64,000 bases of DNA from TPA_inf: Saccharomyces (taxonomy: Eukaryota), in the NCBI GenBank assembly GCA_000146045.2, contig BK006944.2, positions 544,001-608,000 of the forward strand, given 5' to 3'. Under the pieces are notes generated by a model, which searched no databases, was not told where the DNA came from, and saw nothing but the letters and a program-made list of their open reading frames with translations. Numbering within the stretch: position 1 is the stretch's first letter; each line of letters opens with the position of its first letter. Positions 32,535-40,951 of the stretch are shown here, piece by piece. The translations under genes were made by a program, and so were the position numbers.

Positions 32535-34123
32535 TCGTCGTCATCGTCATCATCATCGTTGTTGTTTTCGTTCTTATCTTCTGTATCTTCTTCTTCGTCG
32601 TCGTCTTCTTCCTCATCCTCATCATCGTCCTCTTCCTCGTTATTTTTTGGGTACCCACCCAATTTCATAACGATTTTGTTAACAATCTCATTCCAGTCCA
32701 TCATACCCCCGAGACCAATATCACCATTTATATCCATAACTTTCTCAGACGGCTTGAAAACAGTGACCCAGGACATTTCCTCCTTTATCGTTTGTAGTTG
32801 CTTCTTTGTCATCATAGAATTAAAAGTGCTACTCACCATAGAAGGTGCCAAAAGAATGGGATAACTCGGATTCCAAGCTCTAATGACACTTGTCAGAAGA
32901 TTGTCGCACAGGCCCAAAGCAATTTTTGATAATGTGTTTGCAGTTAATGGAGCTACTACCAGTATATCCGCCCAGCGACGTAGTTCTATATGAAGTACAG
33001 GATCAGTTCGTTGTTTCCATGCGTCCCATTCATCTTGGTCGGTCCATAGTTGAATATGTGGGGGTAACTCGACTACTTGAGCCATGTTGCATTGTCCTGG
33101 TGTTGGTGTCACTGGAGTTGCCGGAGTGGATTCGTACTGCGACATTTTATTTAGTTTTTCTGAAGATTTGATAATTTTCTTGGTATATCTTTGTTCGAAA
33201 AACTGTGTTGCTGATTGAGTGAGGATAACTTGAATGCTTATTCTATCACGTCCATATATTTCTTCTAGTTTTTTAATCATTGGCTTGATCTTAAATACCG
33301 ATAACGAACCTGTAGCGCCAAACAACACGTGCAATTTTCCATCATCTTGAGGTAGTCTGGGATCCAAATTCTTGGAGTTCTCTCTTTTGGGGATGATGGA
33401 AGGAATGACGGACTGCTTCACTGGCGTTTCTTCCGGGGTAGAACGCACATTAATTTGGCCTGAAACATTGTTAGCTTGATCTTGTGCATCTTCCTTTCGA
33501 AGTGTAATACTGGTGGGGGCTTTGGCGGTTACCTTATTATTTTCTCTACTTATTGGCGTTGAAGTGGCCATGATTTTGTCAGGCTTCATGGTATCAACTA
33601 TTTTAAGAGCACTGTCTTTTTTCTTAGGATCATAATCTTTCATTTCGTTGACGAGTGGAGACCCAGATAATTGCGTTGTTCTTGAAGTGTTGGTGTGGTT
33701 CGGTATAACTGCATGATTGCCAGGAATGGAATTTGAGACAGGAGCAGGATTACTATTTGGAGACTTGGTCCTTTCTGAGTCGTTCTTCAGCTGAGTCAGA
33801 CTATCCTGCTTTTGCTGTTGCTTTAGATCACTGAAAGTGACGGCGGGGACTCTCTTCAAACCAGGCTCCGGAGTATTACTTACTACTGCGCCGGAGGTGC
33901 CGGTGGCATTCATAATAGATTTCGTAGTCGTGGTAGTAGCATTCGACAAAGTAGGGCTTATTGATTGCCTCCCTGACACGGGGGAGTTGATTATTGAATC
34001 CTTCCCCTTCGCATCCTCATGGTCCAACAAAATCTCTTTCTGTCCACGCGAAAACCTTGGACACTCTATAGACTGGTTATGGTCAGCATCTTGCTTCCCG
34101 CTAGTAGAGGCGACGGCAGTCAT
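32435..34123 (-). CDS. SIS2: Phosphopantothenoylcysteine decarboxylase-like flavoprotein / Ppz1 phosphatase inhibitor with poly-acidic tail, 562 aa (YKR072C)
   Basis: Flavoprotein core (HVLFGATGSLSVFK; ILLAPSMVSSTFN). C-terminal 60-residue D/E run. Matches Sis2/Hal3. Confidence 0.9.
32467..32642 (-). repeat. SIS2: Coding (GAY)n / GAR acidic-codon trinucleotide repeat forming the poly-Asp/Glu tail of SIS2
   Basis: Plus-strand run of gtc/atc/ctc/ttc triplets (near-perfect (GTC)n at 32467..32560). It generates the overlapping poly-V, poly-S and poly-T ORFs seen in the six-frame track. Confidence 0.9.
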
Positions 34124-34964
34124 TGCTGTTTGCTTCTAGATCTTTCTTCCCTATTAATTTTTTCCTAACTAATATTTCTTTATATTTTATCCCGGAATAT
34201 AAAGTAGTATGACAGCAAAGAAGGCCAGGCTAAAAAAAGATCTCTCCAAATGTAACTGGACGGCGCTGATAAGTGGACAAGTACAAGTGAGGGATCGTGA
34301 TCCAAGAGCACTCTGTGACTTCTTCTCCTCTAATATCACCTCCCCAGAAAAGCATCGATGCCATTTTTTGCAAGAGAAAAAGTTGCGTGCGTCACTGCCC
34401 ACGAGCACATGGGGTGAGTTATATAACATAAGAATATTGCTTTGACTCATGTTAAAAGCAAAAGAAAAAATAATAATGATCATTAGAGATACATCAAAGA
34501 CGATCATGGCATTAACCCAGGGTACGTGTGTTAGATATGATAGGGTACCCCGCGCGTATAAGTTACGCCTTGAATGATATAACACGTTAAAGTTTCTAGA
34601 TCACGTGAATCATTACCATTTTTTAGGTCATCCTACGGATAATGGCGAAACCACATAATTGCTTTGTAGATCTCTTTTTATGCTGGATGGATGGCCCTCT
34701 GGAATGCATCCTTCACGAACACAATTTATGAAACCTCAGGTTTGATGCTCCGGAAAGCCTATTTCTCACGTTTTCCGGCACTTAATGCGCATATAAAAAC
34801 ATAGTCTCTACGTTACGAGGATTTATCATAGAACCCAAATCAGCAGTAATAAATTTCCACGGTCAAATTAAACTCTTGTCGTTGATATGGGTGTAGTGTG
34901 ATGGTGGTGACCACTATTTCGCCTTTATTAGTTATTTATATGAGTTAGCCCTCCGAAGAACTCA

Positions 34965-35060
34965 TCCTTGTTAGCTCAGTTGGTAGAGCGTTCGGCTTTT
35001 AAGCGCATTTGCTTAAGCAAGGATACCGAAATGTCAGGGGTTCGAGCCCCCTATGAGGAG
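34965..35060 (+). tRNA. tK(UUU): tRNA-Lys, anticodon UUU, with a 23-nt intron (35002..35024) 3' of anticodon position 37
   Basis: TCCTTGTTAGCTCAGTTGGTAGAGCGTTCGGCTTTTAA[intron AGCGCATTTGCTTAAGCAAGGAT]ACCGAAATGTCAGGGGTTCGAGCCCCCTATGAGGAG. Cloverleaf with 7-bp acceptor stem (two G-U pairs). A and B boxes (TAGCTCAGTTGG, GGTTCGAGCC). Confidence 0.9.
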
Positions 35061-35208
35061 TTCTTTACTTTTTTAGATTCGGCGTTCAATGCTAAAGAAA
35101 AAAAATGAAAATAAGTTTCAATTAATAGTGAAAGAAAAGGAAGGAAGTTAGAACTGAAATGCGTAGACTACCTCCCCCAAATTTTTTCTTGTTTGGTTGC
35201 ATTATTTC

Positions 35209-35676
35209 ATGAATTCAACTAAAAGGCTGAAAATGTCAACAACCTTTCATGATTATGACTTGGAAGAGCCATTAACCTCAAATGCCAGACCACTAAAGAA
35301 CTCCGTTATTACAATCCGAGTAATAAAATCTTTCCCATATAGAAACGTCAAGAACATAGTGCTGCACGATTACGATCTTGCTGATAAAACTGCAAAGGAC
35401 CTGTTCAATGACGTTTTGAACAAAATTCAAAATGAAGGTTCATTCAGACCATTCCGTAATGTTAAGTTTGATACTTTAAAGATATACACGCACGCACATG
35501 GTTCCAAGACGGTTAATCTCGTGATCAATTTTGACCACGATGACGACTGGACTTTAGACATAGAGAATGACAAAAAAAAGCTGTTCGAGTATGGCATTGA
35601 GAATGAAACCGAAATTTCGCTTTTCAACAAAGAGGATTACCTAAGGTTTAAAGAAAACCCTGAAGAAAAATGGTGA
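35209..35676 (+). CDS. AIM29: Small conserved protein of unknown function, about 155 aa (YKR074W)
   Basis: ORF MNSTKRLKMSTTFHDYDLEEPLTS... starts at the first real ATG (track start 35197 is TTG). Identity from memory of gene order after tK(UUU); the start is less certain. Confidence 0.65.
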   Translation: MNSTKRLKMSTTFHDYDLEEPLTSNARPLKNSVITIRVIKSFPYRNVKNIVLHDYDLADKTAKDLFNDVLNKIQNEGSFRPFRNVKFDTLKIYTHAHGSKTVNLVINFDHDDDWTLDIENDKKKLFEYGIENETEISLFNKEDYLRFKENPEEKW

Positions 35677-35730
35677 GATGTTGTTTGGCTTATGGCCTTC
35701 ATTAATAAGTAAGTGCTATGAATATATTAC

Positions 35731-35748
35731 ATATATATATATATATAT
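35731..35748. repeat. (AT)9 dinucleotide microsatellite 80 bp past the YKR075C stop
   Basis: atatatatatatatatat read directly. A second (AT)9 sits at 36883..36900, 133 bp upstream of the YKR075C ATG. Confidence 0.9.
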
Positions 35749-35826
35749 GTTGTGTACGAGAGTATACTCGTATGTAAATTAACATCAAATGTGTATGTGG
35801 AAATGCAGAAGAGAGCAAACTCTCCT

Positions 35827-36750
35827 TTAAAAAACAACCTGGTTCCTATAAAAAATGTCTTCTTCCATAGTGCCAAATGTATAGTTGCTGAACTCATAAT
35901 GAGCTTCTTTTATTGTTTCATCAGAATGAGAACTATTTTGATGGTGATGGTGATGATGGCGACGATGGTGACGGCGATGGTGGCGGGAATGTTGGATATC
36001 GTTTATGTTGATGAGGGATTCGCGGATAGTCCCCTTTGAGTCGATCTCCCTCTTCATCACGGCTTGGTTAAACTTCAACTTCCTGGGGAATTGTTCCTTC
36101 TTTTCGTTCATAAGGTCTTCAGAATCTTCATCTATGGAGGAAATTTTAGTGCATGTAGAATGCTGGTCGAAAATGGAAGACGTGTGAGAATCAACAGACG
36201 ATGGGCATGAAATGTCTTCTAATTTCACCAAAGCGTTGTCATTGCTCTCTATAGAAGCGTTAATCTCATCCACCTCCTCGGTTACCCAGCATTCCGTATT
36301 TTTCTTTAAAGCAGATTTTAGATTTTTTGTTTGTTTCTGGTCAATTTGGTTCTGGACCGGCGATATTTCGTTTTCATTACTATCTATGTTAGTCAAATCT
36401 GGACCGTACAACACCGTTACATCGGTTTCTTTGTTCCAGTTGATGGACAGTGGATTGGATTTGGAGTTCTGTAAACCATAGTGATTTATGGACCAACGCC
36501 TCCAGAGGCAATGATGTAGCCTAACGAGGTACATGTTGTAATCTAGCACGTCCTCTGAAGAGCAACTTGGTAATCGAAGTAGTTTATGTTTGCGCATCTT
36601 CAATAGTAGTGTCCATGAAGCCGATATTTCCAAGCTTGCATCATTAAATTCATGATGGAAATAGTCAATCGCAGGCTTGTTGTAGTTGGTCATGTTATCC
36701 AGTAACATTATATTCTGGTACGAAATTATTGTATCGTCCAAACTAGTCAT
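35827..36750 (-). CDS. Protein of unknown function, glucose-regulated, with C-terminal His/Arg-rich repeat, 307 aa (YKR075C)
   Basis: Complete 307-aa ORF with a real ATG. HSRHHRRHHRRHHHHHHQ is encoded by ATGGTG-type repeats at about 35938..35985 (plus strand). Confidence 0.8.
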   Translation of the reverse strand: MTSLDDTIISYQNIMLLDNMTNYNKPAIDYFHHEFNDASLEISASWTLLLKMRKHKLLRLPSCSSEDVLDYNMYLVRLHHCLWRRWSINHYGLQNSKSNPLSINWNKETDVTVLYGPDLTNIDSNENEISPVQNQIDQKQTKNLKSALKKNTECWVTEEVDEINASIESNDNALVKLEDISCPSSVDSHTSSIFDQHSTCTKISSIDEDSEDLMNEKKEQFPRKLKFNQAVMKREIDSKGTIRESLININDIQHSRHHRRHHRRHHHHHHQNSSHSDETIKEAHYEFSNYTFGTMEEDIFYRNQVVF

Positions 36751-36882
36751 TTTCTGTATATGTATCTATTTGTGTGTGTATGAACACTTGTGTGTAGTAT
36801 CTGAATGCGATAAGAGAAAGGGCCAAAGTTGAACTGAATGCAAAAAGTAAAACCTATAAAACCGTGTTGACCATACGCTTTC

Positions 36883-36900
36883 ATATATATATATATATAT
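36883..36900. repeat. (AT)9 dinucleotide microsatellite upstream of YKR075C
   Basis: atatatatatatatatat read directly. Confidence 0.9.
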
Positions 36901-37011
36901 GTTTGTTTTTGCTAAGACCCGGTAACTGTACTTTTTCTGCAGTCATCCAAGGGAAGACAAAAGAAGAAAGAAAAAACAAGATTAATGTCCCCAGGTTTTT
37001 TCTTTTCCTGG

Positions 37012-37264
37012 CGGAAAAAGCTCAAATCTAACATTTCCCCGCGGGGGTTTCTTTGTAAAGAGTATCGAGTCGGAAACGAAAAAAAAAAAAAGATGAGAAA
37101 ATGAATTTTTCCGGTCGCCTAAAGATAGAGGTACCAGCGGAAAAAATGCAGCAAAAGCAAAATACCCCATTCAAGTTCCCCCTGTCTCGCCCCTCTCACG
37201 CTTCACTGTCCCCCGCTTTCGGTTTTTCCGGCTACGGCATTTCTGTTGAAAGTTGCCGGAAAAA
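37012..37264. promoter_or_regulatory. Cluster of five CGGAAAA (Rgt1-type CGGANNA) sites, both orientations, 260-515 bp upstream of YKR075C
   Basis: CGGAAAA at 37012..37018 (+), 37107..37113 (-), 37138..37144 (+), 37224..37230 (-), 37258..37264 (+). Palindromic CCCCGCGGGG at 37037..37046 also lies in the span. Confidence 0.6.
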
Positions 37265-37276
37265 CCCCAAAAAGCA

Positions 37277-37294
37277 TAAAAAAAAAGAGCGGGG
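37277..37294. promoter_or_regulatory. Mig1-like site: A-tract followed by GC box (AAAAAAAAAGAGCGGGGGG)
   Basis: A9 followed by GAGCGGGGGG. Resembles the Mig1 consensus (AT-rich 5' of SYGGGG) but with non-canonical spacing. Confidence 0.35.
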
Positions 37295-37898
37295 GGAAGA
37301 AAAAAAGATTCCTTTCTATCTTTTCCTTCCCCGGCCTATTCGGGTACTCGCTTCCGGGTCCGCTGTCGTTTATAATGATTAGTGCAGAGAGCTTTCTTCT
37401 CTTAGTTTTTCATGTGGTAAAGGCAATGCCATTTAGAAGGATACTACGTGGGGTTCAAAACCGTGAATACGTTGTCTATCGTGTTATGTATGTTCTGAGT
37501 TTCTTTTTGTCATTCTACTAGTTTATGGACTGGGACTATGTATCTTGCAGTATGATTTCGTCAGGAAGCTTGTCATAGCAAGGCCTGAACAAATCGTACG
37601 TTAAAATAAAAATGAGCACCAATTCGAGTCACTGATGCCTACTGCTCAATCCAACCATCTAGTTCTGCAAAGATACTTACTCCGCATAATTAAAAAAATA
37701 AGGTATTTTAAAGTTGTGTAGTGACGAATGTAGTGACGCGGAAACGTTTTACTCGTCAATGGACATTTGCGAATGTGTCCGATAAATAGTTGAGGCTTTT
37801 CCTGCATTCTGTCAAGAAGGGTATGTGTATGAACATGCAAATGACACTGTAAAATGATTCATTACCCTGATTATGGAGTGATTTTCTTTCCTTTTTTT

Positions 37899-37909
37899 TT
37901 TTACATTTA
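37899..37909 (+). promoter_or_regulatory. Perfect 11-bp ARS consensus sequence match TTTTACATTTA at the 3' edge of a T11 tract
   Basis: Matches WTTTAYRTTTW 11/11, inside the 1.5-kb YKR075C-ECM4 intergenic region. Could be a chance match. Confidence 0.25.
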
Positions 37910-38103
37910 GTTTCATTATTATGCAAATTAGAGGGTATACAGTTGAGATTTTAACACTTTGAATTAAAAAGTGTTACAGAGGAAACCGACGCAAAAGGCT
38001 TGGTGACGCAAACTTTTCCATCTTTATTTCACCTCTTCAGACGGTCCTAAGACCTTTTGAACGTATCAATATAGTTTTATCATCTGTTCTCTGTTGTTCT
38101 CCG

Positions 38104-38170
38104 TTACTAAGATATTAGTCAGCTCTTGAAATTTCACACCCCTATTTATTTGTCTTAGCGTCCAACCCCT
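38104..38170. promoter_or_regulatory. Two Yap1-type response elements (TTACTAA 38104..38110; TTAGTCA 38115..38121) and an STRE (CCCCT 38166..38170) in the ECM4 proximal promoter
   Basis: Motifs read directly, 115-180 bp upstream of the ECM4 ATG. Confidence 0.5.
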
Positions 38171-38282
38171 CTCAACCCTTTTCCATTTCTTGTATAAAGG
38201 TAGTTAATTAGGTAACGCTGCTCTTACCATCACTACAGTGCTTACGAGAATTTACCCAAACCCTGCGCAAGATAAATAAGAA

Positions 38283-39395
38283 ATGTCGAAACAGTGGGCG
38301 AGTGGTACAAACGGAGCTTTCAAAAGACAGGTTTCGTCCTTCAGAGAAACAATCTCTAAGCAACACCCAATTTATAAGCCAGCAAAGGGAAGATATTGGT
38401 TGTATGTTTCACTTGCATGCCCATGGGCCCATAGAACACTAATTACGAGGGCTTTGAAGGGATTAACCTCTGTTATAGGATGTAGCGTAGTCCATTGGCA
38501 CCTTGACGAGAAAGGATGGAGATTTTTGGACATGGAAAAGCAATTGGAGGACAGTGAAGATTTTTTGGAACATTGGCACGATGTTGCAGGTGGTATTAGA
38601 ACTGCTAAAGAGGATTCCAGCAAGAGCTTCGCCGAGATCAAGAATGACAGTCAAAGATTCATGGTTGATGCTACCAATGAGCCTCACTATGGATACAAGA
38701 GAATCAGTGACTTATATTACAAGAGCGATCCTCAATACTCGGCAAGGTTCACCGTCCCAGTCCTGTGGGACTTAGAAACCCAAACAATTGTTAACAACGA
38801 AAGTAGCGAAATTATAAGGATTTTGAACTCTAGTGCGTTCGATGAATTTGTCGACGACGATCACAAGAAAACGGACCTTGTTCCTGCTCAGTTGAAAACA
38901 CAGATCGATGACTTCAATTCTTGGGTTTACGACAGCATCAACAATGGTGTATACAAGACCGGATTCGCAGAGAAAGCAGAAGTTTACGAAAGTGAAGTCA
39001 ACAACGTATTTGAACATTTGGACAAAGTGGAGAAAATCCTGAGTGACAAATATTCCAAATTGAAGGCCAAATACGGTGAAGAAGATAGACAAAAAATCTT
39101 GGGTGAGTTCTTCACTGTGGGTGATCAATTAACAGAAGCTGACATTAGATTGTATACTACCGTCATAAGATTCGATCCTGTGTACGTCCAACATTTCAAA
39201 TGCAATTTTACCTCTATTAGAGCCGGATATCCATTTATTCATTTGTGGGTAAGAAATTTATACTGGAATTATGATGCCTTCAGGTACACAACAGATTTTG
39301 ACCATATCAAGTTACACTACACGCGTTCCCACACAAGGATCAACCCCTTGGGAATTACGCCCCTGGGACCCAAGCCAGATATTCGTCCTTTATAA
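38283..39395 (+). CDS. ECM4: Omega-class glutathione transferase, 370 aa (YKR076W)
   Basis: Active-site CPWAHR motif (YVSLACPWAHRTLI). GST N- and C-terminal domains. Confidence 0.9.
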   Translation: MSKQWASGTNGAFKRQVSSFRETISKQHPIYKPAKGRYWLYVSLACPWAHRTLITRALKGLTSVIGCSVVHWHLDEKGWRFLDMEKQLEDSEDFLEHWHDVAGGIRTAKEDSSKSFAEIKNDSQRFMVDATNEPHYGYKRISDLYYKSDPQYSARFTVPVLWDLETQTIVNNESSEIIRILNSSAFDEFVDDDHKKTDLVPAQLKTQIDDFNSWVYDSINNGVYKTGFAEKAEVYESEVNNVFEHLDKVEKILSDKYSKLKAKYGEEDRQKILGEFFTVGDQLTEADIRLYTTVIRFDPVYVQHFKCNFTSIRAGYPFIHLWVRNLYWNYDAFRYTTDFDHIKLHYTRSHTRINPLGITPLGPKPDIRPL

Positions 39396-39652
39396 CAAGC
39401 TGTAATTAAATAATCAAATGTCTATAATCTCCCTGAGTTGCCTCTTTTTCTATACTCAATTGGGTAATTGACGCGAAACGCGTTAAAGTGCAAAAAAAGG
39501 CCTGGAAATTATATTTAACGCAATGAAATATTTTCATAATATGACATTCATGCACAGCTGTATTCATTCTTCTACTTTGTAGTTTGTTATTCTTCTTTAT
39601 CGGTTTCGTTTTACAAAAGATTTTAGCAAGGAAGCAGTTTTTAAACCAATCA

Positions 39653-40744
39653 ATGGTATACACAACACCGCAACAACAGCAGAGATTCAGCTCCACACCG
39701 CAATCTAGCCACACTCTTATCTTCTCGCCAATCAGAGCCCCTTCAATGCAAACGCCCTCCTCATTGGATTACCAATCACCTTCAATTGTTGTGTCATCGT
39801 CTTCAATGAAGGTTCACGGCCGGTCTTCCAGTTTCGGTAAATTTTCACTGTCTATTGGGCAAAATGGTAAGGCTACAATACTGGGGCCTATAAACGTCCT
39901 TCCCACTGATACATCGAAAATGGAGAAACCTGTACCAAAGAAAAAGCCTGTTACTTCTGACCGTGTCGAAAAGACTCGTATATTATCTTTGTTGAAAAAA
40001 ATGAGAAACAAGAGCAGTACTGTCAACAAAAAATATAGTAAAGTACCATTAAAGTCTACGACAAGTTTGCAACCAGCAGCTACTGCACCTTCACCACTAG
40101 TGTCCAACATCATAAAGCCGTCTCCCAAAAAGTTAGCTTCCCCAAGAACTCCGAATGCAAACTCCAATTTAAATCTAAACTTTACTTCATTTCAGATTAA
40201 AACAGGTTTCACTCCCAATCTCGATGGAATTTTACTTGAAAACTTCACGTCTCCTAACACAACCGCTGATTCACAGGGTAATTCCGCCAGTAACATCATA
40301 AATAATAATCACGGTAGCGCAAATAATACCAACCAATTTCTTTTTAATCTACCACTTCAATCATCACCAAGGCAATTCAGGTCTCCTGCAAGATTAATAG
40401 ATCCCCTTCCCATATCGGACTGGAACACCAGTCTCTTGATGTCACCCCCAAGAACGACGAATTTTGAATCTGCAAACAATCACTTCAATTCAAATTTTGC
40501 TCAAGCATCGATGTTAAGACGCCCTTCACTACCGCACATAGATGAGGTGATTCCACAGGACTCTAATCCAGCCAATTACTCAGATAGATCGGACTATCTA
40601 TCTGTGGACCAGAACGCCAATAATCATAATGGTGCACTTTCAGAACAGACCTATAATAATATAATGAAATCTTCTATGATTTCGTTACCTATAGAAAAAG
40701 ATGATGCCACAATGGCACTACGAAAACTTGTCTCCAGAGAGTAG
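39653..40744 (+). CDS. MSA2: Putative G1/S transcriptional activator, Ser/Asn-rich low-complexity protein, 363 aa (YKR077W)
   Basis: MVYTTPQQQQRFSSTPQSS... First real ATG at 39653 (track start is TTG). Identified by position and composition from memory. Confidence 0.75.
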   Translation: MVYTTPQQQQRFSSTPQSSHTLIFSPIRAPSMQTPSSLDYQSPSIVVSSSSMKVHGRSSSFGKFSLSIGQNGKATILGPINVLPTDTSKMEKPVPKKKPVTSDRVEKTRILSLLKKMRNKSSTVNKKYSKVPLKSTTSLQPAATAPSPLVSNIIKPSPKKLASPRTPNANSNLNLNFTSFQIKTGFTPNLDGILLENFTSPNTTADSQGNSASNIINNNHGSANNTNQFLFNLPLQSSPRQFRSPARLIDPLPISDWNTSLLMSPPRTTNFESANNHFNSNFAQASMLRRPSLPHIDEVIPQDSNPANYSDRSDYLSVDQNANNHNGALSEQTYNNIMKSSMISLPIEKDDATMALRKLVSRE

Positions 40745-40951
40745 GTCCATTTGGTTTTCGTAAAATACACTACGTAAGATTTCATTATATATTCAAAACC
40801 GAAGAACTTTATTTAATTAATTCTATTCAATATTTTTTTTTTCCCATTAAATTGTGTAGTGGAAGCAAAATGCACTGCGCTTATGTGAAAAAGTTACACA
40901 ATAGGGAATACATGGAACAGCAGATCAGAACTGCAACCCTACAGATTAGAT

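Noticed and set aside
32404-32864. Overlapping ORFs of 68-119 aa on both strands encoding poly-Val, poly-Ser, poly-Thr and poly-Arg/His peptides
   Set aside because: These are frame artifacts of the SIS2 acidic-tail trinucleotide repeat, not genes.
34140-34960. Searched upstream of the tRNA-Lys gene for Ty delta, sigma or tau LTR
   Set aside because: I found no LTR terminal inverted repeats or recognisable LTR sequence by eye. I cannot exclude a diverged fragment without a search.
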